Of a stretch of 64,000 bases of DNA, positions 17,931 to 26,881 are shown one piece after another. The DNA comes from Elusimicrobiota bacterium. GTDB lineage: Bacteria > Elusimicrobiota > Elusimicrobia > UBA1565 > UBA9628. How positions within the stretch are numbered: position 1 is the first letter of the stretch; each line of letters starts with the position of its first letter. The notes beneath the pieces are model-generated. The model made no database searches. It saw only the letters and a list, made by a program, of their open reading frames with translations, and was not told the DNA's origin. The stretch covers positions 59,000 to 122,999 of the forward strand of contig JACPFR010000044.1 in assembly GCA_016182905.1 (NCBI GenBank). The letters are read 5' to 3'. Both the position numbers and the translations under genes were made by a program.

Positions 17931-19043
17931 TTACCTTATTAGGCTTTCGTACAGTTCGAGGAGGGCGGAGGCGCCGCGGTCCCAGGCGCAGGGGAGCGCG
18001 GCGGCGGGACCGGAAGCTCCGACGCGGGCGCGCTTTTCCGCGTCGGCGAAGGCGAGCATCGACGACTCGAGGGCCTCGCCGGAAGGGTCCGCGAGGACGG
18101 AGTCCCGGGCCTCCCCCTTCAGGAGCTCGGCGGCGCCGACCGAGGCGCCGGTGACCACGGGCAGGCCGCAGGCGAGGGCCTCGAGCACGCTCATGCCGAA
18201 CTCCTCCCACTTCGCGGGATGGACGTAGACGTCGAGCGCGTGGTAGAAGCGCCAGACCTCGGGGAGCGGGTCGCGGAAGACGACGCGATCCGCGACCCCA
18301 AGCTCGCGCGCGAGCGCGAGGTAAGGACCCGGGCGCGACTCCTTGCCGACGACCAAAGCGCGCGCCTCGGAGCGCCTCCGCGCGACGGCGGCGAAGGCGC
18401 GCAGGAAGGGCTTCAAGCCGCGCTTCTCGAAGTCCCCGGAGGTGACGAGGCCGTAGAGGAGCTCCCCGGGCTTCACCCCGAGCTCGGCGCGCGTCGCGGC
18501 GCCGAAGTCCGCGCGTCCTCCGGGATTGAAGCGGCACGAGTCGAACCCGGGATGGATCACCGTGATCTTCTCGGCGGGCACTCCGAAGCGGCGCGTCACG
18601 TCGTCCTTCATCAGGTTCGAGTTCGCGACGAGCGCGCGGAAGCGCCCCTGCGACAACTGGATCGAGTGCATGCGCCCCACGGCGTCGTCCTCGGGTAGAG
18701 GGCGTTTATGAAGGGATTCATGCGCGGCATGAACGCAGTTGTGCAGGCTCAGCACGTCCTGGTCGAGCAGGTCGCCGTGGCCGTGCACGAGATCGAATTT
18801 TTTCGTCATCCCCTCGGCCGCGGCCGCGAAGGCGCGCCGCTTCATCCACGAGCCCCAGGGCCAGGCCGGGACCCAGTGCGGGACCGCGCCGGCGTCGAGC
18901 AGCGCCTTCTTGTCGAGCTTCTCCGCGAAGACGTGCACCTCCCAATCCCCGCGGGAGAGGCGGCGCGCGTGCTCGACGATCATGCGCGCGGCGCCCGACA
19001 ATCCCTCGACCCGCCGTGCCGCCACGGCCAACCTCCTCTTCAC
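17931..19043 (-). CDS. Glycosyltransferase family 4 (WaaG/RfaG-like)
   Basis: N-terminal GLSGAARMIVEHARRLSRGDWEVHVF aligns with the WaaG GGxxRD region. C-terminal EX7E region EEFGMSVLEALACGLPVV. GTG start overlaps the upstream stop (GTGA). Confidence 0.8.
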   Translation of the reverse strand: MKRRLAVAARRVEGLSGAARMIVEHARRLSRGDWEVHVFAEKLDKKALLDAGAVPHWVPAWPWGSWMKRRAFAAAAEGMTKKFDLVHGHGDLLDQDVLSLHNCVHAAHESLHKRPLPEDDAVGRMHSIQLSQGRFRALVANSNLMKDDVTRRFGVPAEKITVIHPGFDSCRFNPGGRADFGAATRAELGVKPGELLYGLVTSGDFEKRGLKPFLRAFAAVARRRSEARALVVGKESRPGPYLALARELGVADRVVFRDPLPEVWRFYHALDVYVHPAKWEEFGMSVLEALACGLPVVTGASVGAAELLKGEARDSVLADPSGEALESSMLAFADAEKRARVGASGPAAALPCAWDRGASALLELYESLIR

Positions 19044-19633
19044 CGGACCCCCACGATGCGCAGGATCGTCGCGGAGGCGACCGGGATCCAGAGGTTGTCG
19101 TTGGACCAGGGAGTCGTCGGCAGGAGCTCGGCCAGCGCGCCCGCGAGGGCGGCCGCGAACGCGGCGCCCGGCCGGAGGCCGCAGGCGAGCGCCGCGGCGA
19201 AGCCGACCGCGAGGCCGGCGAGGCTCCCCTCGAGCGACTTCGCGCCGCCGAACAGCTTCGTGCGGCCGTACGCCTTGCCGACCAAAGCGCTCGCCGCGTC
19301 GCCGAGCGCCAGCTGCAGGATCGCCGCGCCGACGATCATCGGCTCGCCGCGCGCGATGAGCATGGCCGCCAGGCTCCCGGCCGTGGTGTGGAAGATGCCG
19401 CTGAAGTGCTTCCGCTCGGTCTCGCGGATCATGCCGTCGAAGAAGCCGACGAGCGCGCGCTCGATCGCGGGGACCTTCAGGCGCAGGGTCTCGATGAGGA
19501 GCACGACGGGCAGCCAGACGGCCATCATCCAGCCGACGCGGGGCCAGCCGACGAGATGGAACGCGCCGAGGTAGGCCAAGGACAGCATGTGGAAGGTCTT
19601 GCGGCCGAACTCCCGGCGGAGGTCGCTCGTCAT
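19040..19633 (-). CDS. CTP-dependent polyprenol/diacylglycerol kinase-like membrane protein (CTP_transf_1 / DUF92 / dolichol-kinase family)
   Basis: Start at MTSDLRREFGRK, with ATGA overlap onto the upstream stop. C-terminal GDAASALVGKAYGRTKLFGGAKSLEGSLAG matches the dolichol/phytol kinase signature. Confidence 0.6.
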   Translation of the reverse strand: MTSDLRREFGRKTFHMLSLAYLGAFHLVGWPRVGWMMAVWLPVVLLIETLRLKVPAIERALVGFFDGMIRETERKHFSGIFHTTAGSLAAMLIARGEPMIVGAAILQLALGDAASALVGKAYGRTKLFGGAKSLEGSLAGLAVGFAAALACGLRPGAAFAAALAGALAELLPTTPWSNDNLWIPVASATILRIVGVR

Positions 19634-20367
19634 GAGAACGCCGCCTTGCGCGCCGACTCGAACGCGGGCCGGCTCCACAGCCACGCCAGGCTCCAGAAGC
19701 GCTTCGTCAGGCCGCCCGCCTCGCGCAGGTTCGCCAGCAGGGTCACCGCGTCCGGGAAAAGCCCCTTGAGCAGGGCCATCAGCATGAGGGCGTTGGCGAT
19801 CGCGATCAAGGCGACGGAGAACAGCACGCCTCCGGCCGCGTCGAGGTCCGGCTGGCGAGTCTGGGTCAGGGAATCCCAGGTGAACAGGAGATGGGCGGCC
19901 AGCGCGCCGCCGAGGAGGAACAGGAACAAGGCCTCGCCTCCCGCGTCGGGCCGCAGCCAGAGGAGCATGCGGTAGGCCATGGCGACGGTCAGCGCATAAA
20001 ACGGCACGCAGTAGGGAGCGAGTGCTACGAACGCGCTCGAGTGCGACAGGTCGACGTGGCCTTCCTTCTCGCCGACGGAGATCGCGTACACGCTGCCGCC
20101 CGTGGCCCAGGCCGCCATCGCGTGGGTGAGCTCGTGGCCCAGGACGTAGCTCCAGCGCGCGCCGCGCGCGGCCCAGGCCGCGGGCCCGACCGGATCGACG
20201 AGCAGCCAGCGGCGGATCGCCCACAGCGCGAAGGCGAGGCCGAGGCCCGCCCCGAAGGGCGCGGCCGACGTGGAATGGACCGCGACGCCGGCGAGCGTCT
20301 TGGCCGACACCCAGAGCAGCGAGCCGGACAGCGGGAGGAGGAGGACGCCGATCAGCAGGCGCAGCAC
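19630..20367 (-). CDS. Polytopic membrane protein with intramembrane HExxH motif (putative M50/DUF3267-like zinc metallopeptidase)
   Basis: YVLGHELTHAMAAW is embedded between hydrophobic helices. 245 aa. Confidence 0.5.
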   Translation of the reverse strand: MLRLLIGVLLLPLSGSLLWVSAKTLAGVAVHSTSAAPFGAGLGLAFALWAIRRWLLVDPVGPAAWAARGARWSYVLGHELTHAMAAWATGGSVYAISVGEKEGHVDLSHSSAFVALAPYCVPFYALTVAMAYRMLLWLRPDAGGEALFLFLLGGALAAHLLFTWDSLTQTRQPDLDAAGGVLFSVALIAIANALMLMALLKGLFPDAVTLLANLREAGGLTKRFWSLAWLWSRPAFESARKAAFS

Positions 20368-20370
20368 CCT

Positions 20371-20835
20371 CTACTCCAGCATGTAGTCTTGGTAGGGGAT
20401 CTTGCGGGCGTCGAGCTCCTTCTTCCAGAGCTCGCGCGTCTCCGTCATCTTTCCCCGCGCGAGGACGCTCCAGCGGTTCTCGGGCGGGCTGAACAGCTCG
20501 GCGGCGGTCTGATACCAGACGTAGGCGTACTTGAGCGAGCTCTCGGCCACGGCCTGGTCCCGCTCGAAGCGCGCCAGCCCCGCCTTGCGCTCGTACGCCG
20601 CGCGGTCGAGCATGCCCTTGGCCAGCTCCCGCGACAGCTCGCCTTCGCGCGCCGCGAGCTCGGCGTCGAAGTGAGCCTTCTTGAGCTCGGGTCTGCGGCT
20701 CCACTCCATCCATTTCTCGCCCTCGAGATAGGCGGAGCGCGAGCGCAGGACCAGGTCGACGCGGGCCATGCCGTAGACGGCCGCGACGAGCGCCGCCGCG
20801 ATCAGGGCCGACCGGACCCAGGCCCGGCCGTTCAT
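20371..20835 (-). CDS. Hypothetical membrane-anchored protein
   Basis: One N-terminal transmembrane helix, then a charged helical region. 4-bp overlap with the upstream receiver-domain gene. Confidence 0.45.
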   Translation of the reverse strand: MNGRAWVRSALIAAALVAAVYGMARVDLVLRSRSAYLEGEKWMEWSRRPELKKAHFDAELAAREGELSRELAKGMLDRAAYERKAGLARFERDQAVAESSLKYAYVWYQTAAELFSPPENRWSVLARGKMTETRELWKKELDARKIPYQDYMLE

Positions 20836-21248
20836 GCCGCGTCGCCGGGCGGCGCGGTGCCCAGCAGGTTGTGCAGCGCCACGGTGAGCATCGCCGGGCG
20901 CACGGGCTTCTGAAGGAAGTCCTTCACGTTCGGCTCCTGGCGCACCATCTCGATGCTCTTGGCGTCCATCGCGCGGCCGGTGACGACGATGATCGGGATG
21001 TGGCCGAAGCCGCGGGACTGGAGCTCGCGCAGGGCCTCGTAGCCGCCCATGCTGGGCAGCATGAAGTCGAGCACGATCGCGTCGGGCTCGAGCGCGGCGA
21101 CCTTGGCCAGGGCCTCGATGCCGTCCTCCGCGCGCTCGGTGCGGAAGCCGGCCTTCTTGACGACGTGGTCCATCAGGTCGAGCAGGGACTCGTCGTCGTC
21201 GACGAGCAGGACGAGCTTGCTGGACGGCGCTCCGGCGGTATCGCTCAT
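20832..21248 (-). CDS. Single-domain response regulator (CheY-like receiver)
   Basis: LVLLVDDDESLLDL ... AIVLDFMLPSMGG ... IIVVTGRA. Receiver domain with phospho-acceptor Asp. 138 aa. Confidence 0.85.
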   Translation of the reverse strand: MSDTAGAPSSKLVLLVDDDESLLDLMDHVVKKAGFRTERAEDGIEALAKVAALEPDAIVLDFMLPSMGGYEALRELQSRGFGHIPIIVVTGRAMDAKSIEMVRQEPNVKDFLQKPVRPAMLTVALHNLLGTAPPGDAA

Positions 21249-21652
21249 GCGGCCTCCGGGGCTCGCGGCCTGAGGAGGCGCTCGAGCGTCGCGACGAGCA
21301 CGCTGGGCTTGAGCGGCTTCTCGAGGAAGTCCACGACGTTGGATTCCTGGCGGATCATCTCGGCGGTCGAGCGGTCGGTGTAGCGGCCGGTGATGATCAC
21401 GATCGGGATGAGGGAGAGGTCGCTTCCCTGCAGCTGGCGCAGGACCTCGAACCCGCCGTAGCGGGGCATCATCAGGTCGAGGAGGATCAGGTCGGGCTTG
21501 AGGCGCTCCGCCTTCTGCACGCCGTCCTCGCCGTCCACGGCGACCTCCGCGCGGAAGCCCTCCTTCTTGATCATGAAGGTCAGGAGGTCGCGCACGCCGT
21601 CGTCGTCGTCGATGATCAGGACGAGCTTCGCCTTTTCTTCGGGTTCGGCCAT
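21245..21652 (-). CDS. Single-domain response regulator (CheY-like receiver), paralog
   Basis: LVLIIDDDDGVRDL ... LILLDLMMPRYGG ... IVIITGRY. ATGA overlap with the downstream receiver-domain gene. 135 aa. Confidence 0.85.
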   Translation of the reverse strand: MAEPEEKAKLVLIIDDDDGVRDLLTFMIKKEGFRAEVAVDGEDGVQKAERLKPDLILLDLMMPRYGGFEVLRQLQGSDLSLIPIVIITGRYTDRSTAEMIRQESNVVDFLEKPLKPSVLVATLERLLRPRAPEAA

Positions 21653-21733
21653 GGCCTCATTTTACCGTATTTTTGCCGTCAGGATATGGCGCCGGAGGAG
21701 CGCCGGGGCTATACTCCCGCCGAGAGGTACCCC

Positions 21734-22720
21734 ATGCGCCGATCCCGCTCCTTCCTCGCCGCCGGCCTGTGCGTCTCCTTCCTCGTCCAGTCGACCGGCG
21801 CCGCCGACCTCGCGCCGGTCTTCGCGCGCGGGATGATGCTGCCTCCGCCCGGACGCATGGCCCCTCCGCCGAGGACCGCCCAGCCCGCGAAGCGCGCCGT
21901 GAAGCCCGCGCGGGAGCCCTGGCTCGTCTCCGCCGCCGTCGTGGCGCGCTGGGTCGAGGAGCGGCTGACCGCGGCCCTCGCCGCGCCCGCCGCCGTCGAG
22001 GAGACGGTCGCCCCCGAGGCGCTCGCGTCCTTCTCCGCCGCCGCGTCCGCCGAGCTCGTCTCCGTCGCGTCGCTCCCGAACCCCGAGCCTCCGGCCGACC
22101 GCATGCTCATCGCGATGGAGGGCCGCCGCGTCCTCGCCTCCGGGCTCGCGGCGCAGCTGGCCTCGATCCGCGAGTTCCGCGCCGACCTCAAGCCCCTGCG
22201 CCCGCGCTTCACCGGCGAGTGGGTGGGCCGCGGCGACGTCCGCGCGCGCGTCGACTACATGAACCCCTTCGGCGTCACGCAGGGCGAGGCCAAGGGCTTC
22301 CGCGTGAAGCTCTCCGACGGCTACGAGCGCCTGCTCCCGAGCCGCAGGCCCATCCCGGAGTCGCTGATGCGGGAGCTGCCGCTGTATTTCGCCGGGGACG
22401 CCGTGGACGTCGAGGTCCGCGTCCGCAACGACGGCGCGGCCGCCCTGACGGACCTGACGGTCGCCTCCGTGCAGGAGGCGCACACCGCCGACGGGGCGCC
22501 GGGCGCCCCGGTGGCGAAGCCCGTGACCAAGAGCGTCGCGACTTTGGCGCCCGGCGAGACCGCGATCCTGCGCTGGCGCATCAAGCTGTCCCCCGCCGGC
22601 CTCGACGCCGTGAACTTCGAGCAGACCCACCTGAAGGTGCTGGGCAAGGACCCCGCCGGCGGGGAGAAGGTCCTGCTCGACGAGACGCAGGCCGGGATCG
22701 TCGATCCGCCGGGCGAGTGA
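21734..22720 (+). CDS. Hypothetical secreted protein
   Basis: Start at MRRSRSFLAAGLCVSFLVQSTGAADL (signal peptide) with GAGAGG ribosome-binding site. Ala/Pro-rich N-terminal half and a beta-rich C-terminal half. Confidence 0.5.
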   Translation: MRRSRSFLAAGLCVSFLVQSTGAADLAPVFARGMMLPPPGRMAPPPRTAQPAKRAVKPAREPWLVSAAVVARWVEERLTAALAAPAAVEETVAPEALASFSAAASAELVSVASLPNPEPPADRMLIAMEGRRVLASGLAAQLASIREFRADLKPLRPRFTGEWVGRGDVRARVDYMNPFGVTQGEAKGFRVKLSDGYERLLPSRRPIPESLMRELPLYFAGDAVDVEVRVRNDGAAALTDLTVASVQEAHTADGAPGAPVAKPVTKSVATLAPGETAILRWRIKLSPAGLDAVNFEQTHLKVLGKDPAGGEKVLLDETQAGIVDPPGE

Positions 22721-22753
22721 TGAGCCGCGCCGGTTGTTCTATAATGGCCGCCC

Positions 22754-23146
22754 ATGGATCTCGATGAATTCCGCGGCCGCGTCGAGCGCATCGACAAGCT
22801 CGCCGCCTCCGGCGACGACCGCGCGCTGCTGTCCGAGCTGAACGGCCTCGCGGACTCCGACCTTCCCGACCTGGACCGCGCGCGCCTCCTTTGCCAGGCC
22901 GCGCAGGCCCACGAGCGCCTCGGCGAGGCGGACCGGGCGCTGGCCGCGTACGACCGCGCCGCGGCCCTCGAGACGCCGCACCGCCGCTTCCAGGCCGCCT
23001 TCCGCAAGTCCGACTACCTGATGCGCCTCGGCCGCAAGGACGAGTGCCGGGACATCCTGAAGTCCCTCCTGGAGCGCCCCGAGGCGACGCTCTCCGAGCG
23101 CCACTCCTTCGAAGCCCGGATCAAGCTCCTGCGCCGCGTCGCCTGA
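22754..23146 (+). CDS. Small TPR-like helical protein
   Basis: 130 aa. Helical repeats (RARLLCQAAQAHERLGEADRALAAYDRAAAL). Confidence 0.4.
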   Translation: MDLDEFRGRVERIDKLAASGDDRALLSELNGLADSDLPDLDRARLLCQAAQAHERLGEADRALAAYDRAAALETPHRRFQAAFRKSDYLMRLGRKDECRDILKSLLERPEATLSERHSFEARIKLLRRVA

Positions 23147-23149
23147 GCC

Positions 23150-23848
23150 TCAGCGCGGGGCGGTCTTCAGCGTCTTGTGCAGGGCCGAGACGAACTTGGC
23201 CATCTTGACCGGCTTGGCGACGAACTCGACGACGTTCGCCTCCGCGCGGATCATCTTGATCGTCGAGTCGTCGAGCGCGCTGCCGGTGACGATGAAGACC
23301 GGGATGCGCCCGGTCGCCCCGCCCTGGAGCGAGCGCAGGAACTCGTAGCCGCCCTGACCCGGCATCATGAGGTCGGTGATGATGAGGTCCGGCGTCTGGG
23401 ACTCGAGCTTCGCGCCGGCGTCGAGCCCATCGACCGCCGTGAGCACGCGGAAGCCCTGGAGGCTCGCGCTCATCTCGAGGAAGCTGCGCACGGTCTCGTC
23501 GTCGTCGACGACCAGGATCAGCTTGTCGCCCGGGGCCGCGAGAGCGGGCGCGGGATCGGCCACGGTCGTCTCCGCCGGCGCCGCCGGCAGCGGCGCGGCG
23601 GCCGGCGGAGCAACGGGCTTCTCCGCGCGCGGCGGGGCGGCGGTCAGGAAGATGCCGCTCGAGTCCGGGTCCAGCGCCTTCGCCAGGTCGGGGAAGCTCG
23701 CCGCCGCCTTCCACGCGTCCTGCGTGGTCGCGCCGGCCGGAAAGACCAAGGTCTCCCTCTTGAATCCCGGGCGCAGGGCCAGCTGCGCGGCCTCGAACGG
23801 ACCGACCGGCTTTCCCTCTTCATAGAGGTAGTACGGCATGGAGGTCAC
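23150..23848 (-). CDS. Response regulator with N-terminal GYF-like/DUF4339-like domain, Pro/Ala linker and C-terminal receiver domain
   Basis: N-terminus MPYYLYEEGKPVGPFEAAQL. Receiver domain LILVVDDDETVRSF ... LIITDLMMPGQGG ... VFIVTGSA. Third receiver paralog in 3 kb. Confidence 0.75.
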   Translation of the reverse strand: MTSMPYYLYEEGKPVGPFEAAQLALRPGFKRETLVFPAGATTQDAWKAAASFPDLAKALDPDSSGIFLTAAPPRAEKPVAPPAAAPLPAAPAETTVADPAPALAAPGDKLILVVDDDETVRSFLEMSASLQGFRVLTAVDGLDAGAKLESQTPDLIITDLMMPGQGGYEFLRSLQGGATGRIPVFIVTGSALDDSTIKMIRAEANVVEFVAKPVKMAKFVSALHKTLKTAPR

Positions 23849-23870
23849 CCCTGAAGCGCCCTAGAACGGG

Positions 23871-24155
23871 CTACTGCGCGACGGGCGCGGGCGCGGCGTC
23901 GGGAGCGGCCTCGGTCTTCTTCTCCTTGCGCTCCTCCTTGGCCTTGCGCCGCATGGCCTTCATCTTCTCCTTGTGGGCCCTGCGCTTCTCGTGCTGCTTC
24001 TCCTTGAAGGCCTGGCGATCCGCCTTCATCTCCTTCTTGAACTCCTGATGCTCGGCCTTGATCTCCGGGGGAGGGCCGCCGGCGGCGGGCTTGTCTTCGG
24101 CGCGGACGGGGACGATCAGGGTGAGCAGCAGGGCGGCGGACAGGATGGTTCTCAT
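23871..24155 (-). CDS. Small secreted Lys/Glu-rich periplasmic protein
   Basis: Start at MRTILSAALLLTLIVPVRA (signal peptide) with GGAG ribosome-binding site. Highly charged helical repeats. Confidence 0.5.
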   Translation of the reverse strand: MRTILSAALLLTLIVPVRAEDKPAAGGPPPEIKAEHQEFKKEMKADRQAFKEKQHEKRRAHKEKMKAMRRKAKEERKEKKTEAAPDAAPAPVAQ

Positions 24156-24208
24156 TTCGTTATCTCCATGGGTGCGGCGCTTTCGACTTGCTAGCATACC
24201 CCCTCAAA

Positions 24209-25099
24209 ATGAATCCCGCCAGTCCCCCCCGCCTCGTCCGCCTGCTGCTCGCCGGACTCGCCGCCGCCTCGACGTGCGCGTTCCTGGCCGCCCTCTGGGT
24301 GGTATGGCTGCCGGACGTCTCGCCGCTCAAGAAGAGCCCGCCCGCGACCACGGCCTACATCGAGCTGCGCAAGAAGCAGGCGAAGGCCAAGGGCCGCAAG
24401 CTCGACCTGCGCTGGACCTGGGTCCCTTCCGGGGCGATATCGGAGGACCTCAAAAGGGCCGTCGTGACCGCCGAGGACGACGAGTTCTGGCGCCACGACG
24501 GCGTCGACTGGGACGCGATCCGCGCCGCCTACGAGCGCAACCGCAAGGCGGGGCGTTTCGCCGCCGGCGGCAGCACGATCACGATGCAGCTCGCTCGCAA
24601 CCTCTATCTGTCGCCGAGCAAGAACCCCCTGCGCAAGGCCAAGGAGATCCTCATCGCGCGGCGCCTCGAGCGCGAGCTCGGCAAGCGGCGCGTCCTGGAG
24701 CTCTATCTCAACGTCGTCGAGTGGGGCAAGGGCGTGTTCGGCTGCGAGGCCGCGGCGCGCGTCTACTTCCAGAAATCCTGCGCCGACCTGTCGTACGAGG
24801 AAGCCGTCGCGATGGCCGTCGTCCTCCCCAATCCCCGCCGCTGGAGCCCCGCCAAGCGCGGCCCCTACGTGGAGCGCAACTCCGCGCGGATCATGGGCCG
24901 CATCGCCGCGGCGGACCGGGCGCGGGCCGCGGCGGCGGGAGAACCCCCGGCCGAGACCCCGGCCGGGGACGCGGCCGACGCCGCGGGACCGGACGCGACC
25001 GAGGATCCCGGCGAGGACGACGACGCGATCGTCGAGCCCGAGGTCTACAGCGGCTCGACGACGGTGAACTCCTCGACCGGCTCGGCGCTCGGCGAGTAG
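24209..25099 (+). CDS. mtgA: Monofunctional biosynthetic peptidoglycan transglycosylase (GT51)
   Basis: N-terminal transmembrane helix. GT51 motifs EDDEFWRHDGVDW, GGSTITMQLARN, RKAKEILIARRLE. Start could be TTG 24188 instead of ATG 24209. Confidence 0.85.
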   Translation: MNPASPPRLVRLLLAGLAAASTCAFLAALWVVWLPDVSPLKKSPPATTAYIELRKKQAKAKGRKLDLRWTWVPSGAISEDLKRAVVTAEDDEFWRHDGVDWDAIRAAYERNRKAGRFAAGGSTITMQLARNLYLSPSKNPLRKAKEILIARRLERELGKRRVLELYLNVVEWGKGVFGCEAAARVYFQKSCADLSYEEAVAMAVVLPNPRRWSPAKRGPYVERNSARIMGRIAAADRARAAAAGEPPAETPAGDAADAAGPDATEDPGEDDDAIVEPEVYSGSTTVNSSTGSALGE

Positions 25100-26640
25100 G
25101 GCAGGAAGCCGAAGCCGTTGGAGTAGAAGCCGGCCTCCCCGGTCCAGCCGCTGATGAGGCGCAGCGGGATCGGGCTGCCGACGCGGACCTCGCGCACGAC
25201 GGCCTTGAGGCTCCCCGCCGGCCTCAGGATGTTGGAGTTGACGCGGGGCACGATGACGGCGTCGCCGGGCCGGACCCCGGACCAGCCGCCCGCGGAGGCG
25301 TCGAGCACGGCTCCGCCGGCCTCCTCGACGTAGTGCTGCAGGCCCCAATGGCCGGCGCACCAGAGGCGCCCGCCCTTCGCCGCGCGCTCCGCGGCGGCCT
25401 CGCGGGCCATCGTCCGCTGAGCCCCGGCGTACTGAAAGTCGACGATGGACAGCAGCACGCTCAGGGCCGCGACCCCGGCGAGGCTGACCGCCTGCGCGAG
25501 GCGCAGACGCTTTTCGGGCCAGCGCGCCTCGAGCGCCTCCGCCAGCGAGAAGACCAGCGGCGGGATCAGGAACAGGACGAGCCGGGCGAGGATCGCCCAA
25601 TAAGCGAACAGCAGGAGGGCCGACACCGAGGCGGTCCACGCGGCCCACAGCCTCGCGCCGCGGCCCTCGGCGCGGAAGAGGGCCGACAGGGCGAGCAGGG
25701 CTCCGAAGGAGAACAGGACGCCGGCCGCGCGGTCGACGGGACGCACGAGCGGGGCGAGGTCGAACGCGGGCAGGAACAAGACGATCGCCGCGGCGGCGCA
25801 GGCGGCGACCAGGGCTTTCGACGGCCTCGCCAGCAGGGGCCAGAACGCGACGACGACGCCGCAGCCCCCGGTGAAGGACAGGAACGAGCGCAGCTTGTGG
25901 GACCAGGCGGACCAGTACATCCGCGACGCGTCCGCCGTCACGCCCGCCGCCGAATCCCACGCCCCGCTGCGGAGAAGGGCTCCCCCCAACAGCCAGCACG
26001 CCAGCGGCGCGGCCGCCAAGGCGAAGTATCCCGCCAGACGCCGAGGAGGAACGCGTCCCCACAGAAGGCACAACGCCGGCAGGGCGAGGAAGATCGCGTT
26101 GTATTTCGCCAGCAGCGCGGCGGCGAACAGCGCGGCCGAGGCCCACAGCCAGGCCGGCCGGTCCTCCTCCGCGCCGCGCGCGAGCGCGTAGAGGCTCGGG
26201 AAGGCGAAGCCCGCCATGACCTTCTCCGCCATCAGGTGGTTCATGTCGATCATGTAGGCGGGCGAGGCGACGACGATGAGCGCGGGCAGCAGCGGACGCT
26301 TCAGATAGCGCGCCGCCAGGAGGTAGAGCGCCAGGCTCGACGCCAGGTCGAAAGGCAGGAAGGCCAGGCGCATCGCCGTCTCGCCGCCCCCGGTGAGGCG
26401 CAGAGCCGCCGCCAGGAGGTAGGCCAGCAGCGGCGGCGTGTTGTTGATGCTCGACATCGGCACGGCGTCGCCGTACCAGTTGAACCGGAAGGCGAACGGG
26501 TGCAGGGGGTCGCGCAGTATCCGGCGCGCGATGGCGAGGAAGAAAGGCTCGTCGACGTGGAACGCCTTCCCCAGGAACGGGAAAAGCGCGAGCCCGGTGA
26601 AGGCGGCGACGATCAGGAGGTCCCGGCCGCGCCGCGTCAC
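25045..26640 (-). CDS. Membrane glycosyltransferase of the PMT/ArnT family (GT39/GT83-like)
   Basis: Polytopic membrane protein. Conserved N-terminal DEPFF-like loop (FHVDEPFFLAIARR). 531 aa. Convergent 55-nt overlap with the mtgA 3' end. Confidence 0.7.
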   Translation of the reverse strand: MTRRGRDLLIVAAFTGLALFPFLGKAFHVDEPFFLAIARRILRDPLHPFAFRFNWYGDAVPMSSINNTPPLLAYLLAAALRLTGGGETAMRLAFLPFDLASSLALYLLAARYLKRPLLPALIVVASPAYMIDMNHLMAEKVMAGFAFPSLYALARGAEEDRPAWLWASAALFAAALLAKYNAIFLALPALCLLWGRVPPRRLAGYFALAAAPLACWLLGGALLRSGAWDSAAGVTADASRMYWSAWSHKLRSFLSFTGGCGVVVAFWPLLARPSKALVAACAAAAIVLFLPAFDLAPLVRPVDRAAGVLFSFGALLALSALFRAEGRGARLWAAWTASVSALLLFAYWAILARLVLFLIPPLVFSLAEALEARWPEKRLRLAQAVSLAGVAALSVLLSIVDFQYAGAQRTMAREAAAERAAKGGRLWCAGHWGLQHYVEEAGGAVLDASAGGWSGVRPGDAVIVPRVNSNILRPAGSLKAVVREVRVGSPIPLRLISGWTGEAGFYSNGFGFLPYSPSAEPVEEFTVVEPL

Positions 26641-26644
26641 CGGA

Positions 26645-26881
26645 TCAGAGGCTCGTCGTGACCAAGGTCTCCGTGGCGGCGACGCCGTCCACCGAGCGGA
26701 TGCGGCTGACGATCAGGCTCGAGAGCTTGTCGACGGTGTCGGACTCCGCCGAGAGGACCATGTCCCAGCCGCCGAACACCATGTACACCTCGTTGACGCC
26801 CTCGATCGCCCGGATCGCGCGCACGGCCGTCTGCTCCTTGCCCGGCGTCAGCTTGCACAAGACGAAGGTCTTCATGCTCAT
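26645..26881 (-). CDS. Stand-alone Lrp/AsnC-type ligand-binding (RAM) domain protein
   Basis: 78 aa. AsnC_trans_reg-like region (VLCKLTPGKEQTAVRAIRAIEGVNEVYMVFGGWDMVL) with no helix-turn-helix. Confidence 0.6.
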   Translation of the reverse strand: MSMKTFVLCKLTPGKEQTAVRAIRAIEGVNEVYMVFGGWDMVLSAESDTVDKLSSLIVSRIRSVDGVAATETLVTTSL

